A DNA stretch of 64,000 nucleotides from Callorhinchus milii (taxonomy: Eukaryota), in NCBI RefSeq assembly GCF_018977255.1, contig NW_024704742.1, positions 111,540,001 to 111,604,000 of the forward strand. The letters are read 5' to 3'. The notes under the pieces are model-generated. The model saw nothing but the letters and a program-made list of their open reading frames with translations. It was not told the DNA's origin and searched no databases. Position 1 is the stretch's first letter. Every line of letters starts with the position of its first letter. The translations under genes and the position numbers were made by a program. Shown in pieces: positions 37,941 to 51,320 of the stretch.

Positions 37941-39214
37941 CCTTTTTTTTCAACCTCTTATCACTTCTGATAAATATATTATTATCATAATGCAAAGCTT
38001 CAGAGGACTTGAAATCTTCATTCAGTTGATAATTCCAGAGGATGACTTGCACATGCCATTACTCAGAGACAAGTCAATTAATCAGACTGTCATTCAGGAC
38101 TTGTTGCATGGAACGTATATGTCATTGCTAGGATATTGCTGCACTGCACAAAGTTTCCAATTGAGCCGTTTCCATTGTGATTCCCAACTCAGTGGCACCA
38201 TTATACAGCGACTGAACAAACTCTCTATCACCATTGTACCGACACACAGAGGGAAAAAGATGGAATGTGATATCAGGTATTCAATGGAAACCTTTCAGCT
38301 TCTTATCACGTCAGTTCAATCATTGTTCAAATAAAGAGGGGTATTGCAATGAGTAATGTGTTAATTATCTCATGTTTGAAAAAAGAGGCCAGTCAGACAT
38401 TTTGATGACCCACTCCCAACCAAACTAAGTAAAATTGGTGGGGCCAGCCTCAAAGTAATAGTTGGGTCCTGGAATAATGGATTAAAGGGATATTGTCTTA
38501 AATTGACATAAATCAAAAGTAAACCAATATCCAGCTAATCGGCACTCCAATAGTTGGCAGTTAGTTAGTACAGGTTCACAATTTTCACTTCCAAAATGTC
38601 TCCCTTGATGCCTCAAATTGTAATAATACTGTTTATTGGTTTAAATTCCATGGTAATTTAAAATAATTCATGATCATTGTTACACCATGGAAATCAATAA
38701 CTAAATCTTTTCCAAAGGACATTGATGCATTGAACAGTTATTGGATTAAAGAAGATTGAGAAGAGATATGACCCACATGTTTAAAATAATGAGAGGCTTG
38801 GCTAATGCTGTTTTAACTTGAACTGTAATTATGAATTGATTTGCATGATGAAGCTAATGTGGAGACACGTTGGGGATGAACATGAATTGGTTAATTTTGT
38901 AACAGCAGCATTCTGTGAAGATGTGGCTGAGAGTTGCAGAGACACTTGGATAACTCTTCGAAAAGCTCTGAAGTAATGCAGCCCACAGACACTGGAAACC
39001 ACAAGCAAAACTAGGAAGGATATGCTTCATGAATTGCCCAAGATTCCTGGATCACTGAACATGTCCATCTGATGAATGGAGGAATCTATCCAGGATTCAA
39101 TTACAAAAAACTAGGAGTGCTGGCTCACCAATTCTGTAAAACCATTAGGGAAGGGATGGATTAAATGGTGAAAACAAATTGCATATCCAGGGATTCAAGG
39201 AGATTCATAATTTT

Positions 39215-39465
39215 AAAGATAATGTTTCAATAAGTGGTAGCAGTCAGGACCCTGGACTCATTCAAAAATAGATTGATGCTGTAATTGGAAGATGGCGGGG
39301 TTTGGAGGTTATAATTCGATGCCTCGCTGGGTATCAGCAGTTCTTCAGCAGCACTAAGCTTTCTGAGCACACAGTGTTGTAGTTTCACTGATGGTGGATA
39401 TTCTGGAAGGAGGAGATTGAATGGAACAAAGGCTTTCTTCATGCAAAGGTCTCTTGTGGTCTTTT
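39215..39465 (+). mobile_element. Old CR1-type 3' relic
   Basis: Shares segments with 44130, 52370, 55410 and, inverted, with 39750. Confidence 0.6.
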
Positions 39466-39749
39466 CATCTTAGAGTGGTAAGCAACATACAACTAGTCAC
39501 AAAAGAGGTATCTAGCCCCTCTGCAGAAATCATCATCATGTAAAACATTGAGTATGCCTACAATATTGATACACAATTCACAGGTTCATGTAAAATCACA
39601 GAGAAGGTCTGCATCAACAACAATTTGCATTTTAAAGCGCCCTTCACATAAATAAGTCACTCCACTTCATAATAAATCTTATGAAGCACTTTGAAACTTT
39701 CTTCCGACCTAATGAGGTGCTATACCAAATTCAAAGATTATTATTACAA

Positions 39750-40210
39750 TGTCTCAGACTCCTGGAGAAAGCCTTTCATCCTATTTAATCTCATCCTTCC
39801 AGAATACACATCCTACAATCACAACATCAAATTGTTTTTAAATGAATCCAGGTTCCTGGCCTCAACTAACCTTCCTGGTAATTGGTTCCAGTCTTTAATT
39901 ACCCTGGGTAAAGAAATACTTCCTGTCCTGAAATTGTCCTTTTCAACCCCAAACGTGTTCTGCTATCTCAATGCTTCCGAATGTATAGCTTTGAGTTTAC
40001 TTTTTCAATCCCATTTCAAATCTTATGGGCCTCAAAAGTCCATTCTGAGAGGTATCCTTTCAAGACTAAAGAACCCTAGCTTGTCTAATCTTTGCTCATA
40101 GCTCATTCCTCTAATATTGGGGAGGATTATGTTGTTTTCCTCTGCACTGCCTCTAAGGCCTTGGCAGCTCTTTTATGTCATGGCAACTAGAACTATACAC
40201 AGTACTCTAG
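39750..40210 (-). mobile_element. Old CR1-type relic
   Basis: Antisense of YSSSCH...KALEAVQR...YEQRLDKLGFFSLE...FFTQGN..WNQLPG. Confidence 0.7.
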
Positions 40211-43094
40211 TAACTGTAATAATCCTTGCATATGATAGACTGCTTTATCACATCATCAAGACGTCTCAAAGTGCTTCACAGGATTTACAGTAAAATACAG
40301 TGGCTGTTGTTTGTAGATGAATAGCCATAATGCGATTGACCAATTTTATCTGGGGGATTATTAGCAAGGGCACCAGGAGAGACTTCCTTCTCGTTCTAAC
40401 CCATTAACAAATGAGTTAGTCTCTTCCAATGCACACTTATAGAAATGTTTTGTCACAGCCTCTTGTTGTTTCTGTTATTTGTCAATTACACAGGCAGTAA
40501 TTATATTGTGTCAATCCATACTCAATTCATCATGTCCACACTGCTTATTCACTGTTTATTAGCTTGCAGTGCCATGATAAGCTTTGAATGAATCTATCGG
40601 GTATGTAATCTCCTGCCCATATTACAGAATAAATGTAACTTTGAATTTATATCACAAATGTGCACATATACGTATCTCAGTATATGGTTAGGGTATCCAA
40701 TTATTTTACTGAATTGCGTGGTCCACATTTGTCCATGCTGTTTTTTTTCTTTACAGAACATTGATACCTTGTTTTTTGCTGGGCTTGTGAGCTAAACTAA
40801 TTGCAAGTCAGGGTAGACTTGATTTGTGTAACACGGTGTTGTCTATTAAACGATGATTGCTAAAAATAAGAATGTTGTTATTTCTTTGTAATAAGATTTA
40901 GCCTTTCAAAAAGCGTAACGAAAAATTGCTATTTTTAACCATCAGCTTATGATCGAGCCCAGCGAGTTGTTTCATGTAAATAAGTGAAGAGGAGTTCATC
41001 CAGGCCACCCCATGATGTATGTCATGTGTTTTATGGTGAAATACTTTACATGTTTATTTCCCTTCTGAAGATATTAATGAAGATCCCCATCAAGCATGGC
41101 TGCACAAGATCTCATGCCTGAACTAAATGCTCATACGTATTCCTATGTGCAAGATAATTGTGTGCCAAGATTTTTGAACGATTCAACATTTCAACACCAG
41201 ACAGCTTTTGTGTTAAAAAAATGTTTCTTTATAATTTGAAATATTTTTTATGTTTTAAAGGAAACAGAAAGATGATCTATTAGAAGTGACTTATATAAAA
41301 TCACTGGCAGCTTTTTAGCTGTTGTGCTCTTCAAGCATGTGAGCACTGAATTTATGATTCAGTGCACTTGTGATTTGAAGGTCATGTGAATTCAGCATCA
41401 AAATAATGTTGTTGCATTATCAGAGGTGTCAAAGTACCTTGTAAATCACTCAACTACCTCTGTAAGGTATGTTTTCAATTGAAGGTTAGTTCACTTTGCT
41501 CCCTTAACATTTCAAATGCTTATCCAGCTCCTGCAGATATAGAAATCTGTCATCATGCTTTCAAAATTGTCAATTTTTCCATGCGATTGTGTTAGGCAGA
41601 GTGCTGGGTGGGTTTGAACTTTGTGTTTGGTCAGTTTTAGAATTTGAAAGACTTTCAGGAACCTTTTTACTTCAAGGCATTTTCACAGTTCACTTAAGAT
41701 CTCTACAAATACATAGTTGCTGCACTTGAAAGCAATTGTTACTTGTGAAGCATCTTTTAGTTAGTTACCATAAGGAGTCTTACTTATTAACATAGGTGAC
41801 AGGTGGCTATTGCAAGAGGGGGCTCGAACCCCACAAATCAGTTCACCTCTTTAAGTGGAGATGGGAGGGCAAAGCTCTGAGGAGAACCACATCCAGTCCT
41901 TCGAGCAGCCCTAACATGTTCCACCCCAGAGACCACTCTTGCCCCTCTGCCAACTCATCATCGGTGCCCACCCACTTCTGGTCTGGCAGGCTGTTCTTCA
42001 GGGCATCCTTACTTCTGATCGGTCAATGGAACTGTCAGTCAAATCATCAGCCAGCCTAGGCTGTCATAAAGGGGACTGACCCTTTAACTGAGTTTTGTTC
42101 AGTCCCCTTCCCTCCCCCTCCGCCCCCCCACCCCGAATATTTTCACCCTCTGCCCATGTTTATTAAGGAATCTAATCAGAAATTTCCACGTAATAGATTC
42201 ATCTGTCTGTATCTTATGTAACAGCTAATGCTAGCCCTTTGAAGCCTTAAAGGAATCAGACCATCTGACCACTGAAACTAGACTCTAATTAACCCTTTGT
42301 CCCTAAAACTGCTTCACATTTGTGACCATCTGCATTTAAGGGCAATTTGCACTTACATAGAGTTGTTGTAAGGTAGTGAGAACATCTCAATGCACTTACA
42401 ACAACAACAACAATTTGCATTGATATAGTGCCCTTCACAAAGGGTAGGGTCTTGGGGTGTTTATAATTGGAGCATTTAATCTATAACGTGTGCTATACCT
42501 GGCCTAGGAGATTCTGTTGCTAGTGCTGGGTGCCTGAAACAAGAAAGTGTTCAATTTCAAAACACTGACTAAAACCGCTCACCTTGGTGAGCATTGATGA
42601 ATAACAACTTGTGATGTATGCAATTTAAATTTGGACTTTACTCACCTCTGTAAAGAGAACAGAACTTGCATACCGAGTGTAGCACAAATTGTGGTCAGCC
42701 ATACATAGTTTTGAATCAATTTAAATTGCGTACAGCAGTGAGCCACCCTTGTATATGGTTTGAAAATGCTATTAATGCAACATTTACACTGAAGACTTAC
42801 AATTAACAGTTGGAATTATGGAAGCTATGTTATATAACCACCATACTCTACAGAACAAAACAAAATACAACAATACAGGTTTTCATTTGCAAAACATGTC
42901 ACATTTCATCCATTAAACTGATAATTAGTTCAGTTCTGTTGTCATTACTGAAAGTGATTTTTATTTACGACAGGCTATTGTAGCAAACCAAACAATTCAC
43001 TGAGCTCAGAGTATCAAACAGTAAAATCCCCAAGTAAATGGACAAATTGACTCAAATTTAAATCTTTGTAGTATACCAAAAATATGAAGAAAAT

Positions 43095-43830
43095 CATAGA
43101 AAGTTACAGTGCAGAAACAAACCGTTTGGTACATCAGATCTGCACTGGTGTTTTTCTCCATACAAACACATTTAATTTACTTTCTGTGTTACTCTCTATA
43201 CCTTGTAATATTACTGCTCTTGAAGCATGTATCGGAATCCCCTTTAATGATAATCCTTGCATTTGATATAGCGTTTTTCATGTTTTCTAGACATCTCAAA
43301 GTGCTTCACAGAATATACTGTAAAGCCAATTGATTGCATATTTGTGGGTGAAATAGGGCAGCCAATTGCGCACAGCAGTGTCTCACAAACAGTTGTGGAT
43401 TGAAGTGACCAATTTTATTATTTTTTTCTTGAGGGATTGTTATCGGGCTTGTGGAGTAAGGAAATTTGCCTAGGGTTTCGCCCTGCCGGGAATCGAACCC
43501 AGGTCTCTCACTTGTGAGGTGAATGCTCTAACCACTGAGCTACAGGACTCCTAAAACACTACAATACAGGTTTCCATTTAAAATAATTTAGGCACTCTAC
43601 TTCAACTATGGTCTGTGGCAAAGAATTCTACATCCAACCACTCTCTGTGCAAACATAATTTTTAATCTCCCTTTTAATTCTGTTTGTGATTATCTTAAAT
43701 TGTTGCCCTCTGGTTGCTGACTCATCGACCAGTGGAAATAATCTGTTACTATTTACCCTATCATAACGTTTCATCATTCCTATCAGTTCCAGTGGAAAAA
43801 AAACTAACTTGTTAAATCTGTTTCCTGTAA
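43095..43830 (-). mobile_element. Old CR1 3' relic interrupted by a SINE
   Basis: tcatagaaag...acagtgcagaaac at the left. catccaaccactctctgtg...ccagtggaaa resumes after 43551. Confidence 0.6.
43245..43551 (-). mobile_element. Young tRNA-derived SINE, short variant
   Basis: Full head gagtcctgtagctcagtgg...ggttcgattcccgg, plus tail. Confidence 0.93.
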
Positions 43831-44129
43831 TTGAAACATATAGAGATGTGATGAATGTAAGAATACAGACTTCCTTGGAGTAGTGGAATGTACAGAAAGA
43901 TATTCCTTTAGGCTTAGTACATTGGCTTTAGAGAATACTCATTGAACTCTAATCATTATTGAATCAAAATTAAATAAATAGAACCTACTGAATGTGCTTC
44001 TGTCTGCCTAGACCATGATATATGATCATTAGGAAACTAAAGTCAGTCACGGTCATTTAAACTGTGATACTGTTTAAACATTATACTGTGATGGATTCTG
44101 AATTATCCATGACATGTAGTCATTGCTAA

Positions 44130-44375
44130 GCCATCGGGATCAGTGTAAAATACCACAGTTTACTTTCAGGGTTGTGAAGGGTAATTTTAGGACAGACACC
44201 AGGAAATATTTATTTACACAAGGGAGGAGTGGGGTGGGGAACCAAGACACTGTACTCATTTAAGAAACTGATTGATAGTGTATTGGGAGGAAGGTGATGG
44301 GGTGGGTATTCTGTAAGGTTGGAAACTGATGGTCTGAAGAGTCATCTTCATTCAATCTGTTCTGTGATCCTGTGA
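44130..44375 (+). mobile_element. Old CR1-type 3' relic
   Basis: ttttaggacagacaccaggaaatatttatttacaca...catttaagaaac...tgttctgtgatcctgtga. Confidence 0.55.
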
Positions 44376-44700
44376 ATGGAACAAGGCACAGATTTTATAT
44401 ACTGTACTTATTTTATTCAGTCGACGGTGGTCTTCTGAGATAGGAATGAAAATATTCTTGCGATAGATCAGCTGGAGGTTTACTCACGTTGTACTCATGA
44501 CCTCTGAGTGCTTAATGTTAACACTTCATGCATAAATTGCAAATGTTCCATTTCCCGACACTAACATCAGTTGCCTCGAGGAGCATAAGTTTCATTGAAG
44601 ACCTTCCCTCAAACATTGCAATGCTTGAAAAAAGCCAATTTATAGATATCATTGCAGTAATAGCTCAATCATGTTCATGTTTTTATATTAAAAAGTTCAA

Positions 44701-45085
44701 ACAATAACAACAACAACTTGGATTTATATAGCGCCCTCCACGCCGGACAGCATCTCAGAGCGCTTCACAGTAACGGATCCCGGGACTGAGCCAGGGGGAG
44801 GGGGAGGAAGGTGACCAAAGGCGCGGTCGAAAAGAAAGGTCTTCAGCAGAGACCTGAAAATAGCAAGGAAGGGAGCGAGGCGAAGGGAGTGGGGAAGGGA
44901 GTTCCAGAGCCTTGGGGCATAGTGGCTGAAGGCTCGGCTGTCGAGGGTAAAGCGGAGGACTCAGGGGGCGAGGAGGAGGCCAGACCCGGAGGAACGAAGG
45001 CAACGGGTACTATTTTGAGGAGAGAGGAGGTCAGAGAGGTAGGGGGTGCAGAGGAGTGGAGGGACTTGAATGCTAGGGTGAGATC
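44701..45085 (-). mobile_element. L2 second subfamily, 3' fragment
   Basis: Highly similar to 30730-31116 in reverse, with a (CAA)n tail at 44701-44718. Confidence 0.9.
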
Positions 45086-46879
45086 ATCAAAACAGTAAAA
45101 CTGAAAAATACAAGCAACAACAGGATGGAATAAATACAGGAATGTGTTTGCTGTCACACACCTCTGTGGTGCAAGTAGGGTCCTTGGTAAATGCAATAAC
45201 TTTCTTTCCAACCTCTATCCAGTGAAGCTGCTTCCAAACCTGTCTGGTCCATATTATCATCGTCATATGAATCCCTAATTCATAAATGTTTTGTCATATT
45301 TCAGAAAATATTCAAAATGGGTAATATCTTTAGTGACCTCAAGCAAACTCTACTCATGTAACAGTCATAGAGGATAAAGCAAATCTGGATTTCTCCATCA
45401 AGTAAATCATCATGACATCTCCACAACTATCACGCATGTTACAGCTAAATTATGTAGGTGAGGTAATTTGCTTTCAACAGTTGTTACAGTATCATTAATA
45501 ATCATGAGTGCAATAAATAACAACAATGAAATTTGTTCCTAAGAGATATACAATTACAAATTGCAGCCACAAATCACAATGTGTGCATAGGACAGTCATT
45601 ACTCCAATGTGTACAGCTCTGATTTAACACCATTCGACTACAGCTTTCTTAGGGTAGCTCACCCTAATTAGCTTTGCATATACCTTAGGGATCATCAGTA
45701 TAAAGTTTGACATTGTGAAGTCTGACTCACATAATAGAAAGAAGTATGAGAATATTCATAGACTATCTGTCATTGTGAAATAAAGATCAAAATGGTTACA
45801 TTGTTATTAAATTATTTGGTCCCAAAAAATAAAATATTCCAAAATCCCATCTGCCAATTCATATTAGTATTGCAGATACTATCTTAATAGTATATATTAC
45901 ATTTAGATTAATGATTATAATGATCATTTTCTGAAATAATTATTTTTTACAACTTATGGATCTTTCCACTTTATTGACAACAATGAACACTAATGTTTTA
46001 AATTGTCCCCATGTCCCTATGCCACTCTCCTAAAAGGACTTTGCAAGCTTATTCAGATTTTTTGGGGTCTATTTAGGTTTTTCACAAATGCATATCTGTC
46101 TATTCTTCTTGTGTGTCTTAATTACAGGGGTGTTATTGCATTTGAACGTAAGAAGACAACCTGAGAAATGTAGCAGGAAAAACAGCAGGAATCACCTTGT
46201 GAAATGTGCATGAGTGATGAGTTTCCTGAAATCAAGGCCTACAATTTCATGAGAATCACTACTGAGTAACCATCTGTTTGCAGGAGAGGAGACAAGGAAA
46301 TTTTCCTTTTCTCAGCTTCCAACGAAACCCCTTTTACTTAATATAGTTCTTTTAAAATATTCAGTGCTAGGCACTCTGAATGGTTAATGCAAATGATTTT
46401 GTAATCCTGGGAGTCTGTAGTGTTCCATTACTTTGGTGTGAGCCAAAGGCTAAAAGCTAAACTATTGAGAGACTTGACCAGCTTTTGTTTCTTGAATTCA
46501 AATATTTTTCAGTATCGCATTTTAATTAACACTGAGGTGCAAAAAGGTTTCTCATCAATCATGAATCAACGAATTTTAGCATTTTGACTCACTTCCAAAA
46601 GTCAGTGTCAATTGTATTTGAATACGCTTCAGGCTTACTCAGGGTGTTTTGTGTTACTGAAGGCATGAAGGTGATTGTGAGTAAACAGCCAGATGAATAA
46701 CTTCACATGCGACCATATTAGTCATACCATGTTTGAGTTTGTTAAGTTGTATTTGACAAGCTATCAAAGAAAAGGCTCTGAGTTAGAAACAAAGAACTTG
46801 GCATTTTTATAGCTCCTTATTAGAGGACAACCTGTTTTCTTCTGGGTCCAATCGCCAAGAGATACCTCAAATTGGCTTT

Positions 46880-47252
46880 AAATTTGAACTCATATCATCT
46901 CGGCTGACATTCCAATGCAGTGCTGGGTGTTGTGCTTTGTCAGAGTTGTTGTCTTTTTGATGAAATGTTAATCTGAGATCCTGTCTGTCCCTTCAGGTTG
47001 ACATTAAAAATTCCATGGGAATACTTGAAAAGAAAAGAAAGTTTCTTCTGGTGTACTGGCCAACAATCCTCTGAATGAAATTGGTCATTCGTTTATGGTT
47101 GTTTGGGGTACAATGCTGCATTCAATTGGGATGTTTGCCTACAAATACACACAAAAAACTCACACATCACAATAAATCCTTTGAAGTGCTTTGACACATC
47201 ATCTCCTAGAGGTGAAAGGCGCTTTACCAAATGCAAGGATTATTATTATTAT
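46880..47252 (+). mobile_element. Old Deu-domain SINE
   Basis: gctgacattccaatgcagtgctg...gatgaaatgttaatctgag...caggttgacattaaaaattccatgg...gtgtactggccaac, followed by the tail. Confidence 0.78.
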
Positions 47253-47583
47253 TGATACATTGCATTTTTTCCCTTTGTATTTAATTTGGTAGCATCTGCT
47301 CGTTGGTATAATTGGTAAACCCTGGGGTATGCAAACTTTATAGAGTGAATAATGAAAGACTCAGCTTCCATATCATAGAGGAACTGTCTTCTTGAGGGAA
47401 TTGCTGTCTGAATTCTATACAGAAGGAAATAGTGCAAGTGAATCCAGAGCTCTGCATGAAATGGCAATGTGGAAATATGAAGCAATGGATTGCAGAGGGA
47501 TTTTGCTTTAATTAATAGCTCTGCTTCCATGAAGAAACCAAATACAGGGTAGTGTGTCTACTGTCTGGATCCTCACTATAAAC

Positions 47584-47618
47584 AGCATTTGAGTTAGCCT
47601 TAGCATTTGAGTTAGCCT
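47584..47618. repeat. Tandem duplication, 18-bp period, two copies
   Basis: agcatttgagttagcct-t-agcatttgagttagcct. Confidence 0.9.
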
Positions 47619-48600
47619 GTATGTAATTGGTTTTAATGTACTCAGCCTTGATAATGAGTTACTACTGTGGGGCAGAGACTGGAAAAAGAACCTCCCACAA
47701 CAATTAATAGCAAACAGTAGGGTGTGGCACGACTTCAAAACAATGTATCCTGTAAGTATTAATGTGGGTAGAATTGGCATTGATTTCACTTCAGGGCATG
47801 AATAGTTAGATCATGCCCTGCAGTGAAGATGCTTTGGCTTAACAGAAAAGTGATTTTTTTTTCAGCCATTGCCACTTGCTTAAACTGGTTTAAGATCATG
47901 AGTGCCCTTGCAGTGATTTCACAACAGCTCATAAACCTGCCTGGCTTTGAACGAGCACTGTTATTTTAAATGGGAAGCATTGTGGTAGAAGGATCAGGAT
48001 ATTTGTACTTTGATTCCAAGAACTGCAAGTTAGCAAAGGTATAATTTATAGAAAATAGGCAGTGCAGATTTGAATTAACTAACTCAGGGTTGGCCCGATC
48101 TAGAATGTGGATTCAAAATGTCCTATCAAGCTCCAGCACCTAAACTTTACCAAGATGTGCTTTAATTTCCATTTCTTTATGAATTACATCAATCTTTTTT
48201 CACAGATAGAAAATCATGGTGCAGAATTATAGCAAAACGCTTTTAATGAATTTTTTATTCTTCATTTGAGGCAGCAGTTTATCATCAGTTCATTCAAAGA
48301 TTGAATAATTAAACTCCACGTATATTGCAGGTAAAATGATTCTGACTGTTCACTGAGCCTCTGACTAACCTCCTTACTGTCTTCATTTAATGTTCCCACA
48401 TTTGGTGTTATTTGTAATTGAGGAGAAGAAGCAACCAAGGAATGGATGATGGCTGTGCTGTACAACATGTCCTGAGAATGCAAGTTTACACTGATTGAGG
48501 ACTATAATGTCTTTAAAAAGGAATAGCATGTTCCTCTAAACTGTAGATTTATAAAGAAATCAAACCACAGTTCTGATCGCATTATGTATTTGTTTGGCTC

Positions 48601-48666
48601 TGCCAGCACTTTGGGACGTCCTCCCAACGTGAAAGGTGCTGTACAAATGTAATTTGTTGTTGTTGT
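48601..48666 (+). mobile_element. Isolated L2 3' tail
   Basis: ccagcactttgggacgtcctcccaacgtgaaaggtgctgtacaaatgtaatttgttgttgttg. Confidence 0.8.
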
Positions 48667-49729
48667 TCTTGGCACAAATGTAACTTATTTTTGTTAGTTT
48701 GTTTAAACATTGCATTAATCATAGAATTTAACGGGGGTTTTGATGTCTGGAGTGATGATTGGACTGTGCCAGTGTCTGAGCACTGAGGTTGAAGTCACCA
48801 TACAAGGATTTCATTCTATCACTTGAACATTGTTGAGGTTGGCGTTGTTCTGCCATTATACTGAGGAGTCTTTTTGTTATGAAACATAATTGATGTCCTG
48901 ACTTGACTGTAGATTTTTTTCCCCCACGAATCAAATTCATGTGTTTCTGCTCCCTTGAAGAAGATAGTGGCCCAAATGTCTTTCTGTGTGCTTGGTGTTG
49001 TCACGTGCAGCTATTTGTAGCTGAGAATCTGCAACTGAGGTTCACTTCTATGGAAGCAGCTTGCCAGGCTGTCCTCTTGGTTGGCGAAGATCTGTGGTTT
49101 AATTTCATATCAAACAGTACATTGGTGAGAATGAAACTTGAGAAACCACTAGAGTCTAACTTAGGCATTGGGTTAACCACCCATGTACCAAATATGCTGG
49201 GGTTAACAATGTGGAAACACTGAATCACCTATAATTATTTTCATTGGTTGTTAGTTATTAATTCAGGTTGCCTGTTACTCCCTTTGACCACATCTTAATC
49301 CAGCACAACCTTGCCTACTTCAAACACAGCCTCTATCTGCCCCATTCTAAACCTACTTGCCTCAAACACAGGCCCAGTATACCACAAACATAGCACCTGC
49401 CTACCCATCACAACTTTGTCTGCCCCATATCAGCCCCCTCAGAGTTGGACACACAATCTTCTGATTTAGATGCAAGAGTTCTACCAAAGAGCCAAGCTGA
49501 TGCCTAATATAAGTGCCCAAAAACATGTAGGGCAGTTATAGAGAAAATAACATGTGTTTACATCTAAAAATATGAATAAAAAGAGTGCTTTCTCCAAACC
49601 CTAAATACCTGTTCTTAGCTTGGATTTATAGTATTAGCAATTTCTGTGGGTCAAATATCATGATAGCTCAATATGTCTATTAAGTATGGTGCAAATCCAA
49701 TACCAGAGAAGCTGCTGGAAAAGTAGTAG

Positions 49730-49775
49730 TGGCCTTCGGCAGTGGAGCAGTATGGCCCTCGGCAGTGGAGCAATG
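49730..49775. repeat. Tandem duplication, 23-bp period, two copies
   Basis: tggccttcggcagtggagcagta / tggccctcggcagtggagcaatg. Confidence 0.85.
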
Positions 49776-50917
49776 GTGGACTATGCTTGAGTATTTGCTG
49801 GACACATGCGCTACTCAGAAATAATTGAGCAGCAATTTATTTGTCATTCAAAATCAGGAACGATGCGTTGGTAATACTTCTACTGGCAGCCAGAAAATGA
49901 TTATTACTATTATCTAATGGATAGAAATTACAGTGTTCAGCACTATTTTCCTGATTTAATGCATCTTTCGTGCACAGCTTCCTGACTGTCAGTCTCAGGA
50001 ATGGAATGCGTAAATGGCAACTCAAATCCTATTCTCAACTATTTGTATAAATTTGCTGCAACTATAAAATATATAAAGTACAACATTTTATGGTATTCCT
50101 TGGGCCAAAGTCTGCTGGAAGAAACTTATTATTTTCTGAGTAATAAAGAAAAATGAACTTATACCAGCAGGATTCGATTCTGTGGAGTAAAATTGGATTG
50201 TGTTAAACTAAGGAACATTTCAGAGGAACATAAATGGAACGAACAGTAAGGTAACACTTTTAACGAGTAGTGTTGGAAAGATATTGGCTAGACAGTCTCC
50301 CTTTAACATTACAAGCCTGACTTCACTGATGATATTGCAATATGTAATTTAGTTCCATTTTGCACTCAATCATTGTGACTTTGTGGAATTCTGTCTGTAT
50401 GTTTTTGACAATCTGCTGCAAATTGTGCTGAAATTATGTTTCAGATGGTAGCAATGTGATTTTTTTTTCTGCTGGTGCTTTTGAAACAGAACGATTTGTT
50501 TTAAAGGTTGTGTGTCATTAAGAATGCCTTACTCGTGAGCTTGATTTTTCTCCTTTTAAACAGACAGCCTGAGTTGCATTATCATTGATGGTGGATAAAA
50601 GGAAAATACTCTGTGATCTTTAAAATAATTGTTTTCTGAAGAATGATCTCAAAGGAAATGATTATCTGGAGATTCCACTTTTATAGCTTTTGAATTATCA
50701 TTATTGCAGAGCTCACAGTGGGTTCAAAGCTACTTCACAATCTTTGGTTATAACCATCTCTTATCATGGTCATTTAGCTTATTGACATTCAATGTCCAAG
50801 CTCCTATATGACAAACTGGAGAACTACTAGCATTCATTGTAATGTATTCAGCAGGACTGAAGTGTTAGCAGAAATAACTCCAGTGTCTAAATGTTGCATC
50901 TTAGAAAAAGAAGATAA

Positions 50918-51320
50918 GGTGGCAGCTGGCTCAGTTGGTAGCACTCTCGCTTCTGAGTCAGATGGCTGTGGGTTCAAGCCCCATAGTTTAGACTGACACT
51001 TTATTACAGTGCTGTGGCTGAACAGCATGGTAAAATTGCATACATTTGCTGTGGTGATGGAGGTGCCATCCTATGAATGAGATATTAAACTGAGGCCTTG
51101 TCTGCCAGTTTAGCTGGATGTTAAGCATCCTATGGCACTACTTAAAAAAGAAGGGTGTTTCTCCCAGTGTACCCCAGATAAAACTGTTCATTCAGTGCAT
51201 GGCTGTTTGTGGCACATTGCTGTACCCAAAATTGGCTGCTGCATTTACTCTGTAGTAAATCCTGTGAAGCACTTTGAGCCATCCTCCTGATGTAAAAGAT
51301 GCTGTGTCAAATGTAATTTT
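50918..51320 (+). mobile_element. Old Deu-domain SINE, full length (DeuSINE superfamily, SacSINE1-like)
   Basis: tRNA head tggctcagttggtagcactctcgcttctgagtcaga...ggttcaagccc; Deu domain ggaggtgcc...atgagatattaaactgagg...catcctatggcacta; L2-like tail. Confidence 0.82.

Noticed and set aside
37990..38334. 114-aa plus-strand ORF
   Set aside because: No recognisable motif or supporting splice structure; compatible with chance.
42646..48471. Minus-strand exon-like segments (42646-~42768, 48370-48471)
   Set aside because: They have good donors and open frames but no recognisable product, which is too little support to link them to the candidate chain.
48725..49230. Possible RTE/LINE relic (GDFN and RTAWQA fragments on the minus strand)
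   Set aside because: The motif order is inconsistent with a LINE ORF2 and the matches are too short.
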